Part shown: in pieces, positions 9,747 through 19,156 of the stretch
Position numbering within the stretch: the first letter of the stretch is position 1
Layout: the number at the start of each line of letters is the position of its first letter
NCBI GenBank assembly: GCA_965222115.1
Contig: CBDCTJ010000007.1
Coordinates: 288,001 to 352,000 of the forward strand
DNA: 64,000 nucleotides
Direction of reading: 5' to 3'
Source of the DNA: Planctomycetota bacterium
GTDB taxonomy: Bacteria > Planctomycetota > PLA2 > JAEUHO01
Program-made: the position numbers and the translations under genes
Notes under the pieces: model-generated
What the model was told of the DNA's origin: nothing
Seen by the model: the letters and a program-made list of their open reading frames with translations, nothing else
Database searches by the model: none

Positions 9747-10466
9747 TTAGCGCGGAAGTCGGATGCGGGTGCCAACCGGCAAGTTGTTGGGATCCTGAAT
9801 CAGATTGAAGTTGGCCGCCCAAATGTCGGGCCACTTTTCAAAGTTACTGTAGGCGCGCTTCGCGATGCGCTTCAAGCTATCACCTTGTTGAATCACGTAG
9901 TCGGATCCGGGAACCGCAGGCGCACCACCACCCGAGCTGGCGTTGTTGCTGGGAGGTACGGCCGCGCCACCGCTACCACCCTTCATGGGCGGGATCTTAA
10001 TGACCGTGCCGGCACGAAGCGCTTCGGGACGAAGGCCAGGATTGAGTGCAATGATCTCGGGATAGCGACGATAGCTGCCGAGCAACTTTTCAGAAATCTC
10101 GCCGAGCGTTTCGCCACTGGCAACGGTATGGGAGCGCTCTTGTTGTGGCGCGACCTCTTCCGGCGCTGGAACAGGTGTCTCGATTTCTTCGGGAAGAGGA
10201 TCGGGACCCGGGATGTGCTCCGGCGGAAGCGGATCGGTGATGGGCTTATCAAGTGGATCCGCCGGGTGATCATCAAGTTCCATGTATGGCTTAGACGGCG
10301 TATCAAACGAGTCTTCGGCGTTTACGAACGGCCCAGCCTGATTGAGCGACGCACTTGTGTCCATGTCGTCATCGGGGTTGGACGTCAACGCGCTTATCGC
10401 GACGACCAAAATCATGACGATGATGACGACGATCACGAGGACCGACAGCTTCTCGAAGTTGCCCAT
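9747..10466 (-). CDS. Membrane-anchored protein with two LysM domains
   Basis: N-terminal TM (LSVLVIVVIIVMILVVAI), acidic/Pro linker, LysM repeats HTVASGETLGEIS and YVIQQGDSLKRIA. Start at ATG 10466 with GGAGG upstream. Confidence 0.9.
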   Translation of the reverse strand: MGNFEKLSVLVIVVIIVMILVVAISALTSNPDDDMDTSASLNQAGPFVNAEDSFDTPSKPYMELDDHPADPLDKPITDPLPPEHIPGPDPLPEEIETPVPAPEEVAPQQERSHTVASGETLGEISEKLLGSYRRYPEIIALNPGLRPEALRAGTVIKIPPMKGGSGGAAVPPSNNASSGGGAPAVPGSDYVIQQGDSLKRIAKRAYSNFEKWPDIWAANFNLIQDPNNLPVGTRIRLPR

Positions 10467-10936
10467 GAGGTCCCTCCAGTCAAATGGCCCGTTGCACAAC
10501 AGCGCGTGGGCACCCAAACCCTCGAAAAATTGCTCTGGGCCAAGAGCGAACAACACAACGCGATGACCAACCGCTGCGGTCGATCCATGGCGTCAATTGC
10601 GTGGCGTCGCGTGCGTGGCATGTGTCGCCGAAACGACGCCCTCGCTATGGCCTCACTAGGGGAGAATAGTCCGAGTTCACCCTCAAGCAACGATACAATC
10701 TACAACAGGTGGTAGATTTTACCTTTTTGATGCACTACATAGGTGTGATAGGGCGAATGAAGCCCCCACCACCATAACGTCATGAATGTGTCACGAATGA
10801 TCGACTATTGGATGGCGCACCTTGGCTCGATTCGCTGCGGCATACGTGAGCCGGCAGCGTTTATGGGTGCGGGGCGGCTAAGCATGCGCTGTCGATTCGT
10901 GGATGATGGGGAGTGACGTCACGCTAAGGAGCACGC

Positions 10937-13444
10937 ATGTCCCTACGCCACCACCTTCTCCTGCTTTCGGTCGCGTTCGCCTTAGCCCTCACGCCCATTG
11001 CGTATGGCGAAGATTCCCCGGCACCCGCGAAGTCCAAAGAGACGCCGAGCAACGATGCCCCCTCGAAAGACGAACCGAGCAAAGACAAGCCCAGCAAGGA
11101 AGAGCCGTCCAAAGACAAGCCGGCCGAGGGTGAGAAACCGAAGCCCGAAAGCGACGACCCGGCCAAACCGAAGGACGAGCCGAACAACGACAAGGAACGA
11201 GATGCGGACCAGCCGCGCCGGGGCAACCCCGATCCCGATGATGATACCGAAGTGGAGCTGCCCCCGGACGTGGAAGAGTCGGGGCATGCACCGGGCACCG
11301 ATCCGAAGGATCTTGAAGCCGAGCGCAACCGCAAAGTACACGTCATTCCCGGGCCGGCGGGCACCGTTCGAGTCGAGGCCGCCTCATTCAAAATGGGCAC
11401 CTCGGGTCTCAAACTCAAGAAGCTACTTGAAGGCCGTCCCCAAACGGTGATTGAGATGCTCATTCATGAGAAGCCGCGGCATGTCGCTACGGTGTCCAAC
11501 TACTACATTCAGCAACACGAAGTGACCAACGCGCAATACCTGAAGTTTCTTCAGGATTCAAGCCTGACCTACAACACCTCGGAAGGCATTCTTCGCATTG
11601 ACGACATTGCGGCCCATTTGCTGGCGCTTACCGACGAAGCGCGCAAACACCGAACCGCCTCGGCATGGCGCCAACTCTATTTCACCAACAAAGACACACT
11701 TTGGGCGGCCATGAAGGCAATCAAAGTCGATAAGAAGGTCACGCGGCTTGACCAGCTAATTGCCAAGCACCCCGACGGCACCATCGACGAAGATAAGACG
11801 GCGAAGAACTTTCGATACGAGCCCTTGCCACGCAACGTCGAACTCAAATTCTATTCGAAACGCCCACCGCGTCACTGGAAGACGTGGGAACCCGATGAAG
11901 GCCGCCTGAATCACCCGCTACGGTTTATCAGCTACAATGACTTTGAGCGCTTTGCCGAGTGGGCGGGCGGGCACCCGCCGACCGAAGCGGAATGGGAGTA
12001 TGGTGCGCTAGGCGGGAAAGACTATCTCTTCCCGTGGGGCAACGTGTGGTACGTAGACGCGAGCCACTGCAACTGGGGCTCAAAGATCATCAACAAGCGT
12101 TTTCAGGTAGATTCATCGCCGGTGGACGACATCGATCCGAAGAACGATAAAGACTCAGCCAAGTTCGGCATGTCGTGGTGTGGTCTCTACCACATGGCAG
12201 GAAACGTTGCCGAATTTACATCGTCATGGTTTTACGCCTACCCCGGCGACAAGATCGTAAACCGATTTATGAATGACACGATCAAGGTCATTCGCGGAGG
12301 CACCGCCGCTGACCAGGAGTGGTTGGTGTTGCGCGGTGCGTGTCGCAACTGGGTCGGCGCGGGCTCCGAAGCACGCCCCTACCCCGACAATGCCTTTCGT
12401 TGGGTGGGCGGTCGATTGGCGTTTTATGACGAGCCGGGCCGCGATGCGATTGGCCCAATTCTCCGTCGCGCGAGCGGCGGTGGGCGGATCAGCAAGAAAG
12501 ACCTAAACATCAAGGGCTTCGCAGGCGCCGTAACACGTAACTGGGTTCAAGCCGGCGCCAAGGCCGAAAACCACGTCTACATCAAGGGGCGCGCACGAAG
12601 CATCGTCTTCATTCCCGTCACGTCGTATATCCGTGAAGAGGGCATGCAGTTCATGGAGGAGGCCTATAAGAAGCCACAGCGCTACCGGACGGACAAGGGC
12701 ATCGCCAAGAACAACATCTCCGAACGACCGCAGTGGATTCTGGGCGTATTGCATACCGACGTTTCGATAAAAGACGTTCAAGTTCGAAAGCCCGAAAGTC
12801 AACTCACCGAGGCCGAGAAGAAGAAGAAGGAGCGACGCAAACGGCGCGGTCGATTGAAGAAGGAGTTGTTCGCGACGATCCCCGGCACCTTGGCGCCCGG
12901 CACATACATCGTGAGCCTTTGGCACGGACGAGTTGCGCTCACCGACGCCACCATGAGCTTTAAGTGCTTTATTCCCAAGCCTGCGGGCCAAAAGGAAGCT
13001 CAGTACAAGGTCATCAAATTGCGAAAGCCGGAGGAGTTCAAGGCGACGACCCTTGGATTCGATCCCGACGCGGACGAGGCAAACATCAGTTTTCACTACC
13101 CCATCGGAGGTCGCAAGGATAAGAGCCATATGCACTTGGCCGTTGAGTTCCGATTGATCTTTCCATCCGATGAACTCGCCACGAAGGGCGGCGATTGGCA
13201 AACGCACGACGGCGCATGGGACGATGGATCCGATAAAAAGGACAAGAAGTCCGACACGAAGAAGAACGCGTCGAAGAATGCTTCAGAGGACGATGCCTCA
13301 AAAAACAAGGGCGCAACCAAGAAGAAAGAGGCCGCCAAGCCTGATTCAGGTAAGGACACAAAAGACGCGCCAGCAAAAGACGACGAAAGCGACGCCGAGC
13401 CAAAGAAGACCGAAGAGCCCGACGAGGCTCCTGCGAGTAAGTAG
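10937..13444 (+). CDS. Secreted FGE-sulfatase (SUMF1/EgtB/PvdO-like) domain protein with low-complexity termini
   Basis: AAGGAG RBS; signal peptide; FKMG, HEKPRH, HEVTNAQY, PTEAEWEY, FPWG, GLYHMAGNVAEF and VIRGG motifs. Confidence 0.85.
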   Translation: MSLRHHLLLLSVAFALALTPIAYGEDSPAPAKSKETPSNDAPSKDEPSKDKPSKEEPSKDKPAEGEKPKPESDDPAKPKDEPNNDKERDADQPRRGNPDPDDDTEVELPPDVEESGHAPGTDPKDLEAERNRKVHVIPGPAGTVRVEAASFKMGTSGLKLKKLLEGRPQTVIEMLIHEKPRHVATVSNYYIQQHEVTNAQYLKFLQDSSLTYNTSEGILRIDDIAAHLLALTDEARKHRTASAWRQLYFTNKDTLWAAMKAIKVDKKVTRLDQLIAKHPDGTIDEDKTAKNFRYEPLPRNVELKFYSKRPPRHWKTWEPDEGRLNHPLRFISYNDFERFAEWAGGHPPTEAEWEYGALGGKDYLFPWGNVWYVDASHCNWGSKIINKRFQVDSSPVDDIDPKNDKDSAKFGMSWCGLYHMAGNVAEFTSSWFYAYPGDKIVNRFMNDTIKVIRGGTAADQEWLVLRGACRNWVGAGSEARPYPDNAFRWVGGRLAFYDEPGRDAIGPILRRASGGGRISKKDLNIKGFAGAVTRNWVQAGAKAENHVYIKGRARSIVFIPVTSYIREEGMQFMEEAYKKPQRYRTDKGIAKNNISERPQWILGVLHTDVSIKDVQVRKPESQLTEAEKKKKERRKRRGRLKKELFATIPGTLAPGTYIVSLWHGRVALTDATMSFKCFIPKPAGQKEAQYKVIKLRKPEEFKATTLGFDPDADEANISFHYPIGGRKDKSHMHLAVEFRLIFPSDELATKGGDWQTHDGAWDDGSDKKDKKSDTKKNASKNASEDDASKNKGATKKKEAAKPDSGKDTKDAPAKDDESDAEPKKTEEPDEAPASK
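11059..11122 (+). repeat. Coding tandem repeat (PSKDE/PSKDK/PSKEE/PSKDK, about 15-bp unit)
   Basis: Visible in both protein and DNA within the FGE-protein N-terminal tail. Confidence 0.7.
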
Positions 13445-13547
13445 ATTCGCGAGGCTCCTGCGAGCGGGCCAAAAAAAGAAAGAAGCCAAAAAAGAAAGAG
13501 GGAGGAAGCGTACGTTCTTGCGAGCGCAACGCTCCCCCCCACAAGAC

Positions 13548-13749
13548 TCGGCGTTGGGGCTTTTGGGCTACGGAAAAAGGGGTTGTTCTTGGTCGAACAG
13601 GGTGCCGAGTCTCGCAGGTGTAGGGCGCAAGGCCCGTGCCGGAGCCTACGGGCATCACATCGCCTCCGGACGGATTCCGTAACATCTTGAAGAATAGGAA
13701 CTTAAGAACGATCGGGTGCCCTCCATCCGTCGACAGCCCCACACGTCGG
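13548..13749 (+). ncRNA. ssrS: Probable 6S RNA (long irregular hairpin, about 190-200 nt)
   Basis: Intergenic. The ends pair (TCGGCGT-TGGGGCT with AGCCCCA-C-ACGTCGG), then ACGGA/TCCGT and TTGTTCTT/AAGAACGA, a central bubble, then GGTGT/ACATC and apical hairpins. G-U pairs favour the + strand. TTCTTGGTCGAACAGGGTGCC and CATCTTG...TTAAG resemble 6S conserved elements as I recall them. Confidence 0.62.
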
Positions 13750-13795
13750 CCAGCCGGTATTGAGCGGAAGCGCGCACCGTGAAATCTAGCTAAAT

Positions 13796-15598
13796 TTGGT
13801 GGCGCCGATCAAGGATGGGCGCTTGCGTCCCCCGACCGGCTACCAACGAGTACTCAAGTACTTCCGCGCCTATCGATCGCTTCTGATCGTTGGCGTGCTC
13901 TTCGTGATTGCCAGTCGCGCATTGATGGGCTATGCGCCCCGGATCTTGCGCAACGCACTCAATACGCTCGAACGCGGCGGCGAGACACAGGCTTCGCTAG
14001 TATCCAGTGCGACCTCACAAGCGTGGACGTTCTTTGCCGTTACGGTGGCCGCAGGTCTCTGCACGCTCTGCATGCGATGGTTTCTAGTGGGTACGTCGCG
14101 CAAAGTCGAGCGCGACCTCAAACGTGACCTCTTCATGCACGTGGGACGCCTGCCCTCAAGCTTTTTTGATCGAACGCGCACGGGTGACTTGATCGCGCGT
14201 CTCACAAGCGATGTCGAAGCCGTTCGATTTAGCCTCGGCCCGGGGCTGATGTACGTGGGTGGCACCGCCGTATTGTTTCCGGTCGTCCTGACGAACATGA
14301 TGCAGTTGTCATCGACGTTGGCGCTCTTTGTGTTGATTCCATTGGCGCTGATCGCCGTACTGGTGCGCGCGCTGGGACCGGGCATCATGCGTCGCACCCG
14401 CGCGGTGCAACAGCGCATCGGCGACTTGAGTGCACGCGCGCAAGAAAGCTTCTCCGGTGCCCGCGTTGTACGCGCGTACGCCACCGAAGACGTTGAAGAA
14501 TCGTCATTCCAGGCACTCAACGAACAGCTCGTCACCGAAACGCTTGGCTTGGCACGCTTTCGCGCATTCATGCAAGCGGGCCTCTATGTATTGGGCGGAC
14601 TCGGCCAAGTTGTGATTTTGTGGTACGGCGGCTCGCTGGTCATGAATGCCGATTTGGCACGTGGCGACTTGGTTGCGTTCTTGGCTTACGTGGGCCTCCT
14701 GATTTGGCCCATGATAAGCATTGGATGGGTGGTATCGGCGTTTCAGCGATCCGCCGCTGCGATGGAACGCATCAATGAAGTCATGAACACGCCGGTGGAA
14801 TCGGCGTTTCACGGCTCGGCGGCGCGCCCGCCCATGCCACTGCGCGGCGCCATCGAAGTGCGAGATCTCACGTTCACCTATCCGCAGGCAACGCAACCCG
14901 CGTTGACCAATGTTTCGTTGCGCGTAAACGCTGGGGAGACGCTTGGGCTGGTCGGGCCGGTAGGTTGCGGCAAGAGCACATTGCTTGCTCTTTTTTCGCG
15001 GCAGTACGAGCCGCCACCGAACACGATGTTCTTGGACGGCGTCGATATTACGCGCATTCCACTCGACACGCTGCGTCGTGCGTTCGCCGCGGTGCCGCAG
15101 GACGCATTCTTGTTTTCAACGTCGCTACGGGCCAACTTGGCGTACGCGTCGGAAGACGAGCTGGCACCGGAACGTGCCATGCGTGCGGTTGCATTGGCGG
15201 GCCTTGCGAATGATCTCGAAACGTTTCCTCGCGGCCTCGATACGGTGGTCGGTGAACGCGGACTCACACTGAGCGGTGGACAGAAACAACGCGTATCCCT
15301 CGCGCGCGCACTGCTGCGCGACTCCACCATTTTGTTGCTCGACGATTGCCTATCGGCGGTTGACACCAAGACCGAAGATCAAATTCTGGAATCGCTAACC
15401 AAGGAACTGCATCGCAAGACAGCCGTCATTGTGGCGCATCGACTGAGTACCGTCGCAACCGCGAATCACATTGTTGTGCTCGATCAGGGAGTGATTCGCG
15501 AGCAAGGAACGCACGAAGAACTTGTCGCCGCGAAGGGGTGGTACGCCGAGACGTATGCGCAGCAGCGCTTGGCTGAAGAGTTGGGAGGACTGGCATGA
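13796..15598 (+). CDS. ABC exporter, fused permease/ATPase (MdlA-like half)
   Basis: TM domain with FFDRTRTGDLIARLTSD; GPVGCGKST, LSGGQKQR, degenerate Walker B LLDDCLSAVD, AHRLST. Confidence 0.92.
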   Translation: MVAPIKDGRLRPPTGYQRVLKYFRAYRSLLIVGVLFVIASRALMGYAPRILRNALNTLERGGETQASLVSSATSQAWTFFAVTVAAGLCTLCMRWFLVGTSRKVERDLKRDLFMHVGRLPSSFFDRTRTGDLIARLTSDVEAVRFSLGPGLMYVGGTAVLFPVVLTNMMQLSSTLALFVLIPLALIAVLVRALGPGIMRRTRAVQQRIGDLSARAQESFSGARVVRAYATEDVEESSFQALNEQLVTETLGLARFRAFMQAGLYVLGGLGQVVILWYGGSLVMNADLARGDLVAFLAYVGLLIWPMISIGWVVSAFQRSAAAMERINEVMNTPVESAFHGSAARPPMPLRGAIEVRDLTFTYPQATQPALTNVSLRVNAGETLGLVGPVGCGKSTLLALFSRQYEPPPNTMFLDGVDITRIPLDTLRRAFAAVPQDAFLFSTSLRANLAYASEDELAPERAMRAVALAGLANDLETFPRGLDTVVGERGLTLSGGQKQRVSLARALLRDSTILLLDDCLSAVDTKTEDQILESLTKELHRKTAVIVAHRLSTVATANHIVVLDQGVIREQGTHEELVAAKGWYAETYAQQRLAEELGGLA

Positions 15599-17376
15599 CC
15601 ACCTCCACGCTTCCCGGCGCGACGATCCATCACGGGTTCCGCGCGGGCCTCACCTTGTTGTGGCGACTCTTGCGGTATGTTGCACGACACAAGGGACTGA
15701 TCGGACTCAGTTTGGCAGCGATGGTGGCATCGGCGGCTGCGGACTTGGTTGTGCCCGAACTCGTGAAGCGCGCCATTGATGGGCCGATTGCAGAAAAGAG
15801 TGCGAATGGGCTGGCGTTTTACGGCTCATTGATCGTAGGGGCGTTACTGATTGCGGCGTTGGTTCGCGCTTCGCGCGAAGTGTTATCGGTCAAAGCCGGC
15901 CGTGTCATTGGCATGAGTCTGCGCATGGACGTGTTCCGCCACATCCAGCGCATGAGCTTACGTTTCTTCGACAAGAACCCGGTAGGCGTCTTGGCCACAC
16001 GCGTAACGGGCGACATTGAAGCCATTGAGCAGTTTTTTGCATCGGGCGTAGCCGCGGTGTTTCACGACATCTTGAAACTCGGCCTCATCGTGGTCGTGAT
16101 GTTCATGATCCACAGCGAACTCGCGACGATGGTCATGATCGTGATTCCTTTAATCCTCGGTGCGGCAGCGCTCTTTGCACGCTTGAGCCGCAAGGCGTTT
16201 CGAAACGTACGCGCTGAGACGTCAGCGACGAACGGATACACAACCGAGGCCATCGCCGGGGTGCGCGTAACGCGCCTTTTTCAACAAGAGCCCGCAAAGC
16301 AACGGGATTACGAACATCACATTGATCGCCTCAAAGATGCGCATCTGGCCACAGTAAGAAACTTCGCCTTCTTCTTCCCCACGGTGAAGTCGCTTGAAGC
16401 ACTGGCCGTTGCACTCGTGGTTCAGACAGGAGCGCAGCAGATGCTTGGCGGTCAGGTTACGTGGGGCCAATTCTTTCAATTCTGGATGTACATCGAGCTG
16501 TTCTTTACGCCAATTCGCAACCTATCTGAAAATCTCAATCTGCTGTTGCAGAGCGTGGCGTCAGCCGAACGCATCTTTGGCGTGCTTGATCATCCAGAAG
16601 AGATCAAGGCGCCCGCAACTTCAGCATCGGCCGATGCGATTCGCGGCGATGTATCGTTCGATGATGTGCACTTTGCATACAACGAGAGTGAGCCGGTTTT
16701 GCGCGGTGTGAGCTTCGAGGCACCCGCTGGCAAGACCGTTGCGTTCGTGGGCCCCACGGGTGCGGGCAAGTCAAGCATGCTCAATTTGGTTTCACGCTTC
16801 TATGACGTATCGCGCGGCGCCGTTCGCGTGGATGGGCGCGACATTCGCGAGTACGAACCGCGCGCACTTCGTCAGAACATCGCAGTCGTCCTGCAGGACG
16901 TGTTTCTCTTTCGTGGCTCGGTGCTTGAGAACATCCGATTGTTCAACCCGTCGATTCCACGCGAGCGCGTGGAGGCGGCGGTCCAAGCCGTACATGCCTC
17001 CGACATGGTCACGCGACTCGAGGGTGGACTCGACGCCATCGTTGAGGAGCGCGGCGGCAACCTCTCGGTGGGCGAACGGCAACTGATTGCATTCGCGCGC
17101 GCCCTTGTGCACGATCCACGCATCTTGGTGTTGGACGAGGCCACGTCGTCGGTCGACACGCAAACCGAGCTGAAGATTCAGCAGGCGCTGGACACACTTC
17201 GGCAAGACCGAACCACGCTGGTCGTCGCGCATCGTCTGTCCACCATCAAGACGGCCGACCAAATCCTGGTGCTTCGCCGTGGCGAGATCGTCGAGCGCGG
17301 TACCCATCAAGAATTGCTCGAGCAGAACGGTCTCTATCGACGAATGTACGAACTGCAAGTGCGCGGAAGCAAGTAG
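15595..17376 (+). CDS. ABC exporter, fused permease/ATPase (MdlB-like half)
   Basis: FFDKNPVGVLATRVTGD; GPTGAGKSS, LSVGERQL, LDEATSSVD, AHRLST. The ATGA overlap suggests a heterodimer with the upstream gene. Confidence 0.92.
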   Translation: MTTSTLPGATIHHGFRAGLTLLWRLLRYVARHKGLIGLSLAAMVASAAADLVVPELVKRAIDGPIAEKSANGLAFYGSLIVGALLIAALVRASREVLSVKAGRVIGMSLRMDVFRHIQRMSLRFFDKNPVGVLATRVTGDIEAIEQFFASGVAAVFHDILKLGLIVVVMFMIHSELATMVMIVIPLILGAAALFARLSRKAFRNVRAETSATNGYTTEAIAGVRVTRLFQQEPAKQRDYEHHIDRLKDAHLATVRNFAFFFPTVKSLEALAVALVVQTGAQQMLGGQVTWGQFFQFWMYIELFFTPIRNLSENLNLLLQSVASAERIFGVLDHPEEIKAPATSASADAIRGDVSFDDVHFAYNESEPVLRGVSFEAPAGKTVAFVGPTGAGKSSMLNLVSRFYDVSRGAVRVDGRDIREYEPRALRQNIAVVLQDVFLFRGSVLENIRLFNPSIPRERVEAAVQAVHASDMVTRLEGGLDAIVEERGGNLSVGERQLIAFARALVHDPRILVLDEATSSVDTQTELKIQQALDTLRQDRTTLVVAHRLSTIKTADQILVLRRGEIVERGTHQELLEQNGLYRRMYELQVRGSK

Positions 17377-17427
17377 CCCGCCACAAAGGCCCGCGCAATC
17401 ACGGCATGTTCATTGTAATTTACAATT

Positions 17428-17868
17428 ATGAGCACGCCGCTCCACACGCTTGAAGTTCGCTTGGCCCAGGGCCTTCGCCTGGATGCCACAGAAGCGGAGC
17501 TGCCAGAATCGGCCGCAAGGCTACTGCTTGCGATTGATCCCACGCGTGATCTCTCGATGTCTCAACTCGCCCATCGAATCGGACGCGACACCAGCACGGT
17601 AACGCGATTCACCGATCGTGCCATCAAGCTGGATCTCGTGGAACGCCAACCCGGCGCCATCGACGCGCGCAAACGCATCCTTCGGCTTACCGAGTTCGGT
17701 CTCACCAAACGCAACGCCCTTCACCAAGCCGCCGCTACACGCCTGGAACATCTCGTCCACGAAGTCCGCACACAGACCGGCCTCGGAGAGAACAACGTCA
17801 ACTGGTTCCTTCAAGCCCTCACCAACTCCCTCTCCGCACCAAAGAAACCTGGCATTTCTGGCGCATAG
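17428..17868 (+). CDS. MarR family transcriptional regulator
   Basis: SMSQLAHRIGRDTSTVTR winged HTH and DARKRILRLT motif. Confidence 0.88.
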   Translation: MSTPLHTLEVRLAQGLRLDATEAELPESAARLLLAIDPTRDLSMSQLAHRIGRDTSTVTRFTDRAIKLDLVERQPGAIDARKRILRLTEFGLTKRNALHQAAATRLEHLVHEVRTQTGLGENNVNWFLQALTNSLSAPKKPGISGA

Positions 17869-17980
17869 CCACAGACGCGCCACAGATACCTGGTATTTCT
17901 GGCGCATCCGTTGGCCCCGATCAGCCCCTGACGCCCATTCGCTCCGTCATGCGCCACAGATACCTGGTATTTTTGGCGCA
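17835..17980. repeat. Left REP-like module: three 31-bp imperfect palindromes (17835-17865, 17876-17906, 17950-17980)
   Basis: Approximate consensus YGCGCCACAGATACC-W-GGTATTTYTGGCGCA; spacers 10 and 43 nt. Confidence 0.93.
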
Positions 17981-17986
17981 CACGCG

Positions 17987-18952
17987 CTACCGATTCCATG
18001 AGATCCGTATGGCAGTACGAGCGGCTTCTGCAGCAATATGCGCGTAGACAATGTCGCTCAGGATGCGCGACTTGTGCTCCCGCACACGCCGCGATGCCGT
18101 AGATCGATGGCAATTGACAATCTGACCGATCACTCGCGAAGTCGCACATGCGATTGTCGCCAAGAGCCCGGCGATCAGTATCGGACGCACCTCTTCATCC
18201 AGAAAATCACTGGTTGCCGCGAGAACCGCTTGCGTGGAGGCAACTGGCGTCCAAGGCGAAACACCGCGAGCGGCCCGTACTTTTCGACGCATCCATAGCA
18301 TGAGGAATTCGGGCGGAGCTGAATAGAGCTTGTCAAGATTGTCTTCGAGCACCTGCGGATACTTCAGTTGCTTTTCCACGAGACCAAATGCCTCGTCTGA
18401 AATGTTGTCTCCAAACGCCTCGACATAGCCTCTCCCCATGGGAATGTGATCCCAGGAGCCGGGAGGGCCGATTGCATCGCTTTGTGATTTCTTAAGCCAC
18501 GGCGGCAGTTTCGAGGCTGCGTAGTGTCGCGCTGTGCCGTGTGGGTATAGGACGGGATTTGTACAGAGGCCTGCCTTAACTGGATTGAAATCCACATACT
18601 TCATGCAATTCTTCCAGTATCGAAACGAATCGATTGGCTTCGCGAAGTACCTGTATTCCCAGCCTGGCCCCTTCCTTCCCAGCTTGCGGTTGACTCGGCG
18701 CGTATAGGCATTGAGGATCCGCATGAGCGGAACATGGAGTCTTCCATCCGGCGCATAGCCGATCATATGGTAGTGCGTGCTGAGCGTTGTGCAGGTGTGG
18801 ATACCGAACTCTCCGCGCCGTATTGAGCAGGCGACCAACATCGTGAAGAATCGATGATCCCACTTGTCGGCAAAGAGCACCTCACCGTGTGCTCCGCGGC
18901 CCGTGATGTGATGTAGCTGACCAGGACGGTCACTTCGAAAACGATGATTCAT
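17987..18952 (-). mobile_element. HUH/Y1 tyrosine transposase (RAYT/IS200-like) with C-terminal HTH-like extension
   Basis: HHITGRG, HUH motif STHYH, N..LGRKG..WEYRY, catalytic Tyr in KYVDFNPVKAGL; C-terminal TSRVIGQIVNCHRSTASRR HTH-like segment; flanked by palindromes. Confidence 0.88.
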
Positions 18953-19002
18953 GTGAAGCCTCTAGACTTCACTTCGAATAACGACGCGTTAGGTCACACC
19001 TA

Positions 19003-19148
19003 TGCGCCAAGAAAACCTGGTATTTTGGGCGCACAGAACGAAACGCGCCGCAGAAACCAGGTATTTTTGGCGCATGGGAGAGGCGGGGTGGGTTGCAGAC
19101 GCCGACTAGGTGCGGCATGCGCCACAGATACCAGGTATTTTTGGCGCG
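19003..19148. repeat. Right REP-like module: three 31-bp imperfect palindromes (19003-19033, 19044-19074, 19118-19148)
   Basis: Same consensus and orientation as the left module; spacers again 10 and 43 nt. Confidence 0.93.
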
Positions 19149-19156
19149 CTCAGAGA

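Noticed and set aside
13548-13749. tmRNA or tRNA (both strands begin GGGGCT)
   Set aside because: Too short for tmRNA, with no T-arm/CCA end or tag ORF; the fold is a rod rather than a cloverleaf.
17835-19148. CRISPR array interpretation of the 31-bp repeats
   Set aside because: Only three repeats per side, one spacer is just 10 nt, the repeats are degenerate, the two 43-nt spacers are partly similar to each other, and no cas genes are in the window. A REP-like reading fits better.
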